64,000 nucleotides of DNA, from positions 3,355-67,354 of the forward strand of contig JAAZKV010000007.1 of NCBI GenBank assembly GCA_012799645.1. The letters run 5' to 3'. The stretch is from Candidatus Iainarchaeum sp. Lineage in GTDB: Archaea > Iainarchaeota > Iainarchaeia > Iainarchaeales > JAAZKV01. Within the stretch, counting starts at the first letter, position 1. Every line of letters begins with the position of its first letter. The notes below the pieces were generated by a model. That model was given only the letters and a program-made list of their open reading frames with translations, ran no database searches and was not told where the DNA came from. Position numbers and translations under genes: made by a program. Below, piece by piece: positions 10,136 to 19,608 of this stretch.

Positions 10136-11596
10136 TTGTTGTTATTTGTTGGTGGCGAGAAATTGTTTGAACTAGATAAAACAGATTTATTAATTATAAT
10201 ACAGACACTCGCAAACATGATGATACTGCTCGGAGTAGCACTATTACTCCCATCACTCATAGCACATTACTCAAACGAAACAATATTTTTCCAAACCTTT
10301 GTTACAACAGCACTCATCACAATAATAATTGGAATTTTGGCCAAAAAATTGATTAAACCAAAAAAAGCACTAATGAAACACGCAATAATTTCTATCGCAC
10401 TAGGGTGGTTCTTGTTTGGAGCAATATCCGCAATTCCTTTTCTTTTTTTAGGACTAAACCCAATTGATGCATTTTTTGAAAGCATATCAGGATTAACAGG
10501 AACAGGAATAACCATAATCCCAAACCTTGAAGTGTTACCTTCATCAATTTTATTTTGGAGAGGACTAATTCAGTGGTTGGGCGGGTTTGGAATTGTAGTA
10601 ATGGCATTATTAATTTATGAAAAACCAGAAACTGCAATGAATTTGTTTTCAGCAGAGGGAAGAAATGAAGATTTTTTTCCAAACATAAAAAAAATAGCAA
10701 GAATGATTGTAGCAATTTATTTTCTTTACACTTTCATTGGAATAATTCTTTATTTAATTTCAGGAATGAATTTGTTTGACGCAACAATACACTCATTCAC
10801 ATCAATTGCTACTGGTGGATTCTCTACAAAAAATAATGGTATTGGTTTTTTTGGTTTTGGAGCAGCAATAGTAACAATTATTCTCACCGTACTCGGAGGA
10901 ATTAGTTTTGAATCCCACTATTCATTACTCACAGGGAAGTTTAAAAAATTCATTAAAAATCCTGAACTAAAATTTTTTTTCTTAATTGTAATAATTGCAA
11001 CAATTTTGATTTTCATTAACACTTATTTTTCAAACGAAAATACTTATTTTGAATCATTCTTTTATGTAATTTCTTCACTAACAAGCACTGGAACAATATT
11101 TGGACTTGATCTTTCAACACTCCCCGCACTAACAATTTTTATTATAATTATTCTAATGGCTATTGGCGCATCATACGGCTCAACTTCTGGAGGATTAAAA
11201 CTTTGGAGAATATTAATACTTTACCAAGTAGTAAAAAGAGAAATCCACAGAGCATTTTTGCCACAAAAAGCAGTGACTCCAATAATGCTTGGAGGAAAAA
11301 TTGTTTCTGAAGAAAAAGCACTAAAAGCACTATCATACATTTCACTATACCTCGCGTTCATTCTTGCAGGAAGCATTATATTTATGTACGCAGGGTTTGG
11401 ATTAATTGACTCAATATTCACAGTAGTGTCAGCAATTGGAAATAATGGACTTTTAACAATAAGTCAAAAATCAATTTTACTAATGGAACCACCACTTAAA
11501 ATACTTTTGACACTAATTATGATTGTTGGAAGAATGGAAATAGTCCCATTTTTAGTATTATTAAAAAGCACAGGAATTGGATCAAAAATTAGGTGA
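10136..11596 (+). CDS. trkH: TrkH/KtrB family potassium transporter
   Basis: Multi-TM protein with repeated pore-loop signatures (LTGTGIT, IATGGFS, TSTGT, IGNNG). The start is uncertain. TTG at 10163 after ggtggc is an alternative. Confidence 0.85.
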   Translation: MLLFVGGEKLFELDKTDLLIIIQTLANMMILLGVALLLPSLIAHYSNETIFFQTFVTTALITIIIGILAKKLIKPKKALMKHAIISIALGWFLFGAISAIPFLFLGLNPIDAFFESISGLTGTGITIIPNLEVLPSSILFWRGLIQWLGGFGIVVMALLIYEKPETAMNLFSAEGRNEDFFPNIKKIARMIVAIYFLYTFIGIILYLISGMNLFDATIHSFTSIATGGFSTKNNGIGFFGFGAAIVTIILTVLGGISFESHYSLLTGKFKKFIKNPELKFFFLIVIIATILIFINTYFSNENTYFESFFYVISSLTSTGTIFGLDLSTLPALTIFIIIILMAIGASYGSTSGGLKLWRILILYQVVKREIHRAFLPQKAVTPIMLGGKIVSEEKALKALSYISLYLAFILAGSIIFMYAGFGLIDSIFTVVSAIGNNGLLTISQKSILLMEPPLKILLTLIMIVGRMEIVPFLVLLKSTGIGSKIR

Positions 11597-11600
11597 TGAA

Positions 11601-12329
11601 ATGAGAATAGTGATTGTTGGAAATTCAATATTAGCTGTTGAATTAACTAAACTAATTTTAAAAAAAAATGAGGACAAAATTACTCTTGTTGTTAAAAAGA
11701 AAGAAGAAGCTATGAAATTAACTTCGGAATTAAATATTAGTGTAATAAATTCTGATCCAACAAACCCTGATCATTTAGATGAACTTGAAATTGATAAATG
11801 TGATGTATTCATTGCCGCAACTGATCTTGAAAAAGAAAATGTTTTGACAGCAATTTATGCAAAAAATGCGGGTGCGAAAAAAATCTATGTAAGCATAGAA
11901 AATGAAGAAAGTGAATCAATTCTAAAAAAACTAGGATTCATTCCACTAAGAGCAGAAGAATTTGCAGCACAATCAATTGAACTAATGATAAGCAGACCAA
12001 GAGTGAGCGCAATAGTGAATATTCACGAAGGCGAATTTGATATAATTGAAATAGAAGCAAACAGAACCGAATTAATTGGAAAAAAAATGGGGGATGCAAA
12101 AGGAGAACACTATACCACAATCGCTACATATGATGGAAAATTTTCTTTCAACAAAAACGAAAAAATCAAAGAAAATGACATACTATTAGTAGTAATAAAA
12201 GCAGGTAATGAAAAAATAGCTGAAAAAGAAATAACAAAAAAAACAGGAATGATTGAAAAATTCACAAAAAAACTAATGAAAAACAAAACTAAACAAAAAA
12301 AAGAAAAAACAATTAAAGTAGAAAATTAA
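11601..12329 (+). CDS. trkA: TrkA/RCK-type K+ transport regulatory subunit (N and C lobes), with a degenerate dinucleotide-binding motif
   Basis: MRIVIVGNSILA...CDVFIAATD, then an RCK_C-like GEFDIIEIEA...GKKMGD. aggtga lies 4 nt upstream of the ATG at 11601. Confidence 0.7.
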   Translation: MRIVIVGNSILAVELTKLILKKNEDKITLVVKKKEEAMKLTSELNISVINSDPTNPDHLDELEIDKCDVFIAATDLEKENVLTAIYAKNAGAKKIYVSIENEESESILKKLGFIPLRAEEFAAQSIELMISRPRVSAIVNIHEGEFDIIEIEANRTELIGKKMGDAKGEHYTTIATYDGKFSFNKNEKIKENDILLVVIKAGNEKIAEKEITKKTGMIEKFTKKLMKNKTKQKKEKTIKVEN

Positions 12330-12489
12330 AAAAGAAAAAAATGAACCAAACTAAAATTAATTAGAAAAAAATAATTCAAAATTATTAAAAATTAATCAAA
12401 AAATTAATCAAAAATTAACTAAATAGTATTTTAAAGAGAAATGATATTAATGATTTTATTGGTTTTAACTTAATACGAGGGTGGTAATT

Positions 12490-12873
12490 ATGCCTGCTAA
12501 AAAAATTGATTCAATGTTGATTAAAGAAAAAATTCCTGTAAAAATTTTGACACTTATTTTGGATGAGGGCGATGATGTAATGACTTGCATAAAACTAGGA
12601 ATGCAACAAAACAATATTCGCGAAGCAAAAGTAGAGGATATTGAAGGATTTTTACTAAAAGGCGCAATAAATTGTATGGAAGGTCACAAATACAAAAGAA
12701 TAGAAGTTGAAAACATTGAATTATTAAGAGCGTCAGGAAATTTCAAGTTCGGTGGAGAAGATTTGTGGGGAAATTTAAACATATTCACTGCTGGGAGAAA
12801 ACCAATAAGTGGAACACTACACAAAGGAATTGCAAAAGATGGATTAACAATAAAACTAAAATTTGTTCCATAA
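12490..12873 (+). CDS. PPC/DUF296-like small protein
   Basis: About 125 aa with an alternating beta pattern (ELLRASGNF...GNLNIFTAG...SGTLHKG) reminiscent of PPC domains. Remembered-pattern match only. Confidence 0.4.
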   Translation: MPAKKIDSMLIKEKIPVKILTLILDEGDDVMTCIKLGMQQNNIREAKVEDIEGFLLKGAINCMEGHKYKRIEVENIELLRASGNFKFGGEDLWGNLNIFTAGRKPISGTLHKGIAKDGLTIKLKFVP

Positions 12874-12985
12874 AACAATTTTGGTTTTTGTTTCCATTTT
12901 ATAAACTATTTTCAAAACCTATTTTTATTTTATATTAATTTTATTCCCAAAATTTATTTTTAATTATTATTTTTATTTTCTGTTT

Positions 12986-13183
12986 TTATTTTCTGTTTTT
13001 TAAATAATTTTCAATACTTCTATCATAAGTTTTTTCTGTTTTGTTGTCAAAATAACACCCAGGCAATTCTCCTCTTTTTCTATGGTATGCTACGCAATCA
13101 CAACAAATCCCTTTCTTTTCACAAGGGTAAGAACAATTACAATTAACCAAGTTTTTTTCTTTTTTACACTCCAACAAAAACAC
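12986..13183 (-). CDS. Small Cys-rich protein (CNCSYxxCxxKGxCCDCxxYHRxxGELPxCYF pattern)
   Basis: 65-aa ORF with 8 Cys in a pattern I recall from a widespread uncharacterised small-protein family. GTG start. Confidence 0.45.
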   Translation of the reverse strand: MFLLECKKEKNLVNCNCSYPCEKKGICCDCVAYHRKRGELPGCYFDNKTEKTYDRSIENYLKNRK

Positions 13184-13217
13184 CTCTTTGTAGCATATTA
13201 GTATAGTTAAGTATTAG

Positions 13218-13373
13218 TGCACGGGAGCAGGTTTGAACTGCTGAACGCACTAAGCGACCAGATAACTACTGCCGTAAAGCCACCTCTTTTTTTGGCGACT
13301 TGTATTTTCTTTTCTAGTGAGAAAAGAAAAGGCAGCTTGAGTCTGGCGGGTTTGACCACTTCCCTACCCGTGC
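13218..13373 (-). tRNA. tRNA-Leu (anticodon CAA) with a 72-nt intron at the canonical 37/38 position (intron 13264-13335)
   Basis: Acceptor gcacggg/cccgtgc plus discriminator a, 3-bp D stem, anticodon stem ccaga/tctgg, loop cuCAAg^a, long variable arm, T arm agcag-ttcaaac-ctgct. The mature length is 84 nt. Confidence 0.8.
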
Positions 13374-13466
13374 TTTTTTCAATAAAAGAATTTGGTTTGA
13401 GAAGTTATTAAAGCCTTTCTTATTAGTTTTTTGAAAGAAATTTTATCCACCAAAAATTAGTGTTTT

Positions 13467-14165
13467 TTATTTGAATACTAACACATCATCGTATTTTATT
13501 ATTGGGTTTCCTTTTGTTTTTACAAAAATTGATCCTTCTTCGCCTCTTATTAATCCATTTACTTTTGTTGAACCTATTTTTATTTCTGAAATAACTAATT
13601 CTTTTTTTTGTTCAAGTTTTGAAACCATTCTTGATTTTATCACTCCACTCTCAACCATTCCTGATATCATCATATTCGCTCCGAAATCATAAGTACCATT
13701 AACTCTGAATGTGTTTTCACTGCCCTCGGTTTTTATGTAAAGTTTGTTTTCTTTTTTAGCCAAAGATTTTTTTTCAGGAACTATTGGAGCTTTTTTTGTT
13801 TCCTTTTTTATTTCTTTTGTTGTTTCTTTTATTGTTTCTTCTCTTTTTGGATCATCAATAATATCTAACCCTAAAGAATTTTTTTCACTAATTGGTTTTT
13901 CTTTTCTCACCTCTCCAATAAACTCTAATTCGTCATCATCAAGAGGTTTGTTGTTTTTTAATTTGTCAACCAAAGAATCAGTGTCTTTTAGTTTTTGTTT
14001 TCTTTCTTCAGGAGATAATGCGTGTATTGGAATACAAACACTTTTCTCTTTTTTTTGTTCTGCTTCGTTTTCTTTTTTTTCTTTTTCTCGTAATTTATTA
14101 ACAAAATCAAATAATTTCATAATACTAAATTGGAAAGAAAGTAATAAAAACCGTGTTTTATTCAT
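13467..14165 (-). CDS. Hypothetical K/E-rich protein with a C-terminal beta-barrel-like region
   Basis: ORF flanked by two tRNA genes. The probable start is MKLFDF at 14120. The C-terminal about 90 aa resemble an EF-Tu domain-2-type barrel by pattern only. Confidence 0.4.
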   Translation of the reverse strand: MNKTRFLLLSFQFSIMKLFDFVNKLREKEKKENEAEQKKEKSVCIPIHALSPEERKQKLKDTDSLVDKLKNNKPLDDDELEFIGEVRKEKPISEKNSLGLDIIDDPKREETIKETTKEIKKETKKAPIVPEKKSLAKKENKLYIKTEGSENTFRVNGTYDFGANMMISGMVESGVIKSRMVSKLEQKKELVISEIKIGSTKVNGLIRGEEGSIFVKTKGNPIIKYDDVLVFK

Positions 14166-14267
14166 TTTTTTGTTTTTTTATTTTTGTTCCCAACAATCCT
14201 TCCTGCTTTTCATCCAACCAAAACAGTTTTCATTAAATTTTTGAATTATTTTTTTAACAAAAATAAG

Positions 14268-14351
14268 CGCGAGGGACGAGATTTGAACTCGTGTTCCCTT
14301 TCAGGAAACGGATTAGCAATCCGCCGCATTAGACCGCTCTGCCACCCTCGC
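14268..14351 (-). tRNA. tRNA-Ser (anticodon GCU)
   Basis: Acceptor gcgaggg/ccctcgc plus g, anticodon loop ttGCTaa, 15-nt variable arm, T arm acgag-ttcaaat-ctcgt. 84 nt. Confidence 0.9.
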
Positions 14352-14627
14352 AACTTTTAGAAAAATTTTGATTGATGGTTTGTTAGTTGCTTTGCAACTA
14401 ATAAAACACTAAAATCCTTAATAATTAACACTCAACTCACTCATTTATTTGTTGAGTTGTGTCAATTTGACCAACAATATTGGTAATTAATTTCTCTATG
14501 ATTAGTATTAAAAGGATAAAGTTTTTGAAAACAAACGTGATGGTTTTTTTGGAAAAAACAAAAGAAAAACAAAGTAAGGTTTATATTCAATTAATTCATT
14601 CTATAAGTGCCTTTACTTAGTGATACG

Positions 14628-16145
14628 ATGTTTGACAAACAAACCCTAGGATTGCCTAATTTAAAATACTCTATTTACGAAGGAGCATTCTCAACAGTGC
14701 TCTTATCTTCAGCAGTTTCATTCATTGTTCCCTTCGCAGTATATTTGGGGGCTAGTGCTCTTGAAGTAGGGTTTATTACTGCGTTCCCCGCACTCCTAGC
14801 AGCGTGGGCACAATTATTTTCAATGTGGCTTTTAAAAAAATTTAAAACAAAAAAATGGTTAATTATAGGACTCGTAATTATTCAAGCATCCTTATTTATT
14901 CCAATCGCACTAATCCCTTTTATTTTTCAAACAAACCAAGTACTATGGTTAATCCTATTTTACACTTTGAGTTTGCTTATTGGAGCACTCGCTACCCCAT
15001 TGTGGAACAGTTGGATGAAAGAAATTATTCCTTCAAAAATTATTGGAAGTTATTTTGGTTTCAGAAACTCTGTTGTTGGAGGAGTGTCATTAATTTTCTT
15101 TTTAATTTTTGGATTCTCTCTAAAACTTTTTGAAATAGAATTAGCATTTATTTTTTTAGGAATTTTTTTAACCGCATCACTTAGTAGATTTATTGCGGCA
15201 ATAATTTTTACCAAAATAACTGAAAAGAAAAACAATGTTTTTTTTGAAAAAGAACAAAACTTTTTAGAGTTCGCAAAAGAACTAAAAAATAGTAATTTTG
15301 GAACATTTGTTTTATACGGATCACTAATGTCTTTCTCTATTGCTCTAACAGGACCATTCGTATCCTACCACTTACTAAACAACATTGGATTAAAAAATGA
15401 TTACATAATGTATACACTAATTATTTCTTCAACCCTAGTAGCAACACTAATCTCAATGCCTTATTGGGGAAAACTAATTGATAGATATGGAATGATAAAA
15501 GTACTAAAAGCGAGTTCGTTCCTTGTTGCACTATTCCCATTATTATATATTCTTGTAAGAATTCCGGAAGGATTAATTTTTGTTCAATTCCTTGACGGAC
15601 TCATATTCGCGGGATTTAATTTAGCCCTAGCTAATTTTGTATATAATGTATCAACTCAAGAAAAAATAATAAAATATGTGAGTTATCAATCAGTTTTTTT
15701 TGGAACCGGAACATTTTTGGGAGCGACCATAAGTGGAATAATTCAAAGCACTAACATAAATTTTTGGATTTTAACAAACGCATTTTTTGTGATGTGTTTA
15801 ATTTCATTTATACTAAGATACACTTTTTACAAAACCCTAATCAACAAAGTTAGTGAAGTTAAACAAGTGGAAAAAATCGCAAGCAAAAAAATTGTTTTCT
15901 CTGTAATTACTTTCACTCCAGTGTTTGAAGCAATTAATGAAACATTTATGCCTTTTGAAAATGGATTAAAAAAAATAGAGCTTAGTTTTGAAGAAAGAGT
16001 AAAATTGTTTGGAAAATTCATTGACTCAAGTGCAAAAAAACTAGATCATGGATTTGCAGAAACCTATGCTGAAATAAAAAAAGGCAACAAAAAAGAAAAA
16101 ATGATTAGCGGAATTAAAAGAAAATTTAAAAAAAAGAAAATTTGA
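14628..16145 (+). CDS. MFS transporter with a charged C-terminal extension
   Basis: About 12 TM helices in two 6-TM halves. ATG at 14628 follows agtgat. Confidence 0.7.
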   Translation: MFDKQTLGLPNLKYSIYEGAFSTVLLSSAVSFIVPFAVYLGASALEVGFITAFPALLAAWAQLFSMWLLKKFKTKKWLIIGLVIIQASLFIPIALIPFIFQTNQVLWLILFYTLSLLIGALATPLWNSWMKEIIPSKIIGSYFGFRNSVVGGVSLIFFLIFGFSLKLFEIELAFIFLGIFLTASLSRFIAAIIFTKITEKKNNVFFEKEQNFLEFAKELKNSNFGTFVLYGSLMSFSIALTGPFVSYHLLNNIGLKNDYIMYTLIISSTLVATLISMPYWGKLIDRYGMIKVLKASSFLVALFPLLYILVRIPEGLIFVQFLDGLIFAGFNLALANFVYNVSTQEKIIKYVSYQSVFFGTGTFLGATISGIIQSTNINFWILTNAFFVMCLISFILRYTFYKTLINKVSEVKQVEKIASKKIVFSVITFTPVFEAINETFMPFENGLKKIELSFEERVKLFGKFIDSSAKKLDHGFAETYAEIKKGNKKEKMISGIKRKFKKKKI

Positions 16146-16251
16146 AAAAATAATTAAAAAAATTAAAAAAAAATAAAAAAACAAATAATTAAAAAAATTA
16201 ATTTAAAAAAAATAAAATGGATCACGCCAATTAATTACATTATCAATCAAA

Positions 16252-17322
16252 TCACAACAACAATTTTCCTTTTTCCATTATTTTTTTATCATCAAAATAA
16301 ACAGTTGGTTTTGTTACAACATTATCAAAATGGCCATTGCAGTAATTATTTCCACCCAAATGTTTGTTGTTTCCTATTGCGAAATGTATTGTACCGAGTG
16401 TTTTTTCATCACAAATCATTGCTCCAACAATACTTGCTTTCCTATTTGTTCCAATCGCAAATTCAGCAATTGTTCTAACCTTGTTTTTATAATCACTAAT
16501 TTTTTTTAATTTATTTACTTTTTCAACATAAATCAAATTATCATTAATTTTTTTAGAATTTGTTTTAACGAGTAATCCATTTTTGAAAATAAATTTTATT
16601 GGTTTTTTTGGAACAATTGTTTTTCCACTAATTTTTGCGCTTGATACAAAAATTACTCCATTAGCGGAATCTTCAATAGGGGCAACATAAACTTCTCCCA
16701 CTGGATAATTTGTTGAATACGCTCTCCAATTAGCATCATTACAAATAACTTCGCGAGAAGAATCAAAAGATAGTTCCAAATTAGATCCTATTGGACAAGT
16801 GATTTTTATTTTCTTAGTTACTTTCATCAAATTTTTTATTTTTTCATTTAACTCTTTAACCTCTTTTTCATTATGATCAAACGCGGTTAAAAAATTATTC
16901 ACTTTTTTTGGGTTTAATGAACCTAGTCCTCCAAGAGAAACCATTCTAAACCCGTTTTTTTTCATTAAATTTCTCATAAGCACTTGTTTACCATTAACAA
17001 CAATGTGTCCTCTATTTCCTGAACCAACTGAAATAAATATTTCATTTTTTGAGAGTGAAAGAATAGCGTTAATTGTTTTTTTTGGAGCTGGCGCAATATT
17101 TGTTCGTGGCGGATCAACAATTAAAGAAACCCCGCACCCCATTTTTTTTAGTTCTAAATAAATTGTTTTCGCGATTCTTGGCGCAATTGTTTTTCCAGAA
17201 TCAGTCCAAATTAAAATATTTGAAGAAGGAGTTATTTCGTACAATCTGAAAACTTTTTTCAAAGCAGGTAATGAAATTATTTTTACTTTCTCTAGTTTTT
17301 TTATTTCATCAATTTGAATCAT
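16252..17322 (-). CDS. Aminopeptidase, M29 (AmpS/PepS, aminopeptidase T) family
   Basis: YPVGEVYVAPIEDSANGVIFV and EFAIGTNRKA...CDEKTLGTIHFAIGNN motifs. Confidence 0.7.
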   Translation of the reverse strand: MIQIDEIKKLEKVKIISLPALKKVFRLYEITPSSNILIWTDSGKTIAPRIAKTIYLELKKMGCGVSLIVDPPRTNIAPAPKKTINAILSLSKNEIFISVGSGNRGHIVVNGKQVLMRNLMKKNGFRMVSLGGLGSLNPKKVNNFLTAFDHNEKEVKELNEKIKNLMKVTKKIKITCPIGSNLELSFDSSREVICNDANWRAYSTNYPVGEVYVAPIEDSANGVIFVSSAKISGKTIVPKKPIKFIFKNGLLVKTNSKKINDNLIYVEKVNKLKKISDYKNKVRTIAEFAIGTNRKASIVGAMICDEKTLGTIHFAIGNNKHLGGNNYCNGHFDNVVTKPTVYFDDKKIMEKGKLLL

Positions 17323-17416
17323 CACTACTCAATCCCCCACTTAATTAAAATTTATTTAAACTTTATTCAAAATTTAAACTTTATTCAAAATTTAAAATCT
17401 ATTAAAAATTTAAACT

Positions 17417-18541
17417 TTATTTAAACTCTGGTAAATATTTTGGTTTTTTTAATCCATCAACATCAAACACTAGTGGAGCATCTTCTATTGCATATCTTCC
17501 ATAAAACAAATCCTCAATTGAACGATCTTTCAAATACTCTTTCACACTCAAATAACCCTTTAAGTACACATTGTCTTTTGTGAATGCTCCTTTTTCTTCT
17601 TGAGAATGAATTCCTCTTTTTGCTCTAAAAGTCAAATTATATGCATCTTCTTTTGAAAAATACTGAGTCAAACTAATGAAAGTATCATAAAAATTCTTTT
17701 TTAAAGCTAAATTAATTGCAACTACTCTTCCAGCATAATTTTTTAGTTGAAGATCAGTATTGATTTTCTTTTTCTCTTCCACATAAACAGCTAACCCTTC
17801 TTCGGTTTTTAGTGTTTCTTTTGATAATCCTTTTGCAAAAATCAAATATGGTTGACGCACCCCATTTTCGTAACGATAAATATGGGATTCAATTTCGTGC
17901 GCAATTAATCTTTTCAAAGATTCTTTTGTAAAAACATAATCTTGGTTAATGAAAATATTTTTTGTCCTAATATTAACTGAAAAACTAGAACTTGAATGTG
18001 GTCGCATAGTGATTTTGTATTTTAGTTTTTTCTTTTTTAAAAAACTATTAATCACTTGTTTTGCTCTATTCATTGAAATTGTTTTTGATTTGAATTTGGT
18101 TTCTTTTTGAACTAACTCTTCAGCTAATTTCAAGGCACTTTTATCTATTGAACCATAATAACTTTCTGAATTTGTTGAAAAATTTGCTGTTCCCACACTT
18201 CTCACAAGTTCTAATCTATCAAACAAATCTAATAGTTTTCTTTCATAAATTAAACCCAAACTATCTCTTCCAACTTCTGATAAGAGTTCTTTTAATTCAT
18301 TTTTATAAACATTAAATGTTGGCGATACAGAGAAATAATTAAACAACGGATTTCTTGGTGCGTAAATAAATTTTGGATTATACTCTTCTTTTTTTTCTAG
18401 TTCTGCAAAAAATCTTTTTTTTTCTTCAGAAAAATTTTGTGGAAAAGTATATGATAAGATGTTCGAGCTAAGTGAAGAGGATAGTTGGCAAACTTTTTGA
18501 TCAAGCAAAATATAATCCGTGAAATAAATAAAAACCACCAA
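17417..18541 (-). CDS. DUF1704 / MATCAP-like zinc metallopeptidase (QEGLA-motif family)
   Basis: HEIESH (HExxH) followed 34 aa later by TEEGLAVYVE (EEGLA third-ligand motif). No ATG is available, so the start is GTG, TTG or ATT near 18541-18508. Confidence 0.65.
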   Translation of the reverse strand: MVVFIYFTDYILLDQKVCQLSSSLSSNILSYTFPQNFSEEKKRFFAELEKKEEYNPKFIYAPRNPLFNYFSVSPTFNVYKNELKELLSEVGRDSLGLIYERKLLDLFDRLELVRSVGTANFSTNSESYYGSIDKSALKLAEELVQKETKFKSKTISMNRAKQVINSFLKKKKLKYKITMRPHSSSSFSVNIRTKNIFINQDYVFTKESLKRLIAHEIESHIYRYENGVRQPYLIFAKGLSKETLKTEEGLAVYVEEKKKINTDLQLKNYAGRVVAINLALKKNFYDTFISLTQYFSKEDAYNLTFRAKRGIHSQEEKGAFTKDNVYLKGYLSVKEYLKDRSIEDLFYGRYAIEDAPLVFDVDGLKKPKYLPEFK

Positions 18542-18663
18542 AAAAATTTATTTACAATAATACCAATTCACAACAATATTAATTCACAACAATATTAATT
18601 CACAATAATATTAGAATGAAAACTAATATTTATACTAAACTAAAAAGAAATTAGTGTGCGTTT

Positions 18664-19608
18664 TTACTTTTTCGTTTCTTCATTTTGTACTTTTTTTCCT
18701 TTCACTGATAAATATCTAACCCACTCGTGCACTATCGTGTTTCCCAAATACTTCATAAATGGCCCTGGCATAAAATTCACTTCTATCACAACCCATTTGT
18801 TTTTGTGTTGCATTAAATCCACTGCACAAATATCCATCCCTAATTCTTTTGCAGCATTTTGTGCTATTGAAATCATTTCAGGAGTGGGATTGATTAGTTG
18901 AGCGGATCCCCCTCTTGAAATATTTGCTCTCCAATCCCCTTTCTTTGAAGTTCTTTTAACTGTTAGTACAAGGTTTCCAATTACATAACACCTAATATCA
19001 AAGTTTTTTCCTTTAATGAATTTTTGTGTGCAAATAAATTCTTCAAACAAATTAACCGCATCAAGAATACTCTCCATTTGATCATTGTTGTTTATCAAAA
19101 CAACTCCTTTTCCTGCAAACCCAGAAATTAATTTCATTACAAAAGGAAAACCTGTTTCTGATACAGCCATTTGTGCTCTTTTTGATGATATAAAAAAAGT
19201 GCTTGTCACTCCGGGCAACCCTTTATTTGATAATATTTGCGAAGTAAAAAATTTGTGATTTGTCATATGAAATGATTTTAGTGAAACAGGAGAGTAAGAA
19301 TCGCTTGACTCTATTATTTTAAGCACTGATTCTGCTAAGAAAAAATCTTTTGAAGAAACTCTTGGATAAATAACATCAAAACACAACAAGTTTTTTCCTT
19401 TATAAAAAAGACCCGCGCCTTGTTCTGATGTTTGAATTTGAATTTTGTTTATTGGGACAACCAACACATTAGAGAATTTTTTTTGAGCTTCAGAAATTAG
19501 TGATTTTATTGTGGATAATTTTGCTCCTTTTGAAGAAATTATTACAAGTGATGGGCCAACTATTTTTGGTTCTTTTTGGGTTTTGGTTTTTGTTAATTGT
19601 TTTTTCAT
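18664..19608 (-). CDS. RimK/LysX-family ATP-grasp alpha-L-amino-acid ligase
   Basis: FPFVMKL..GFAGKGVVL, DIRCYVIG, GDWRANISRGGSA, ICAVDL....VVIEVNFMPG. All core RimK signatures are present. Confidence 0.8.
   Translation of the reverse strand: MKKQLTKTKTQKEPKIVGPSLVIISSKGAKLSTIKSLISEAQKKFSNVLVVPINKIQIQTSEQGAGLFYKGKNLLCFDVIYPRVSSKDFFLAESVLKIIESSDSYSPVSLKSFHMTNHKFFTSQILSNKGLPGVTSTFFISSKRAQMAVSETGFPFVMKLISGFAGKGVVLINNNDQMESILDAVNLFEEFICTQKFIKGKNFDIRCYVIGNLVLTVKRTSKKGDWRANISRGGSAQLINPTPEMISIAQNAAKELGMDICAVDLMQHKNKWVVIEVNFMPGPFMKYLGNTIVHEWVRYLSVKGKKVQNEETKK

Noticed and set aside
13217-13411. 64-aa plus-strand ORF
   Set aside because: It lies entirely across the minus-strand tRNA-Leu gene and its intron, so the GC-rich tRNA sequence explains the open frame.
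13218-14351. Two tRNA genes flanking a hypothetical gene considered as an integration hotspot or mobile-element remnant
   Set aside because: There is no integrase, transposase, direct repeat of a tRNA 3' end or compositional shift in the window.
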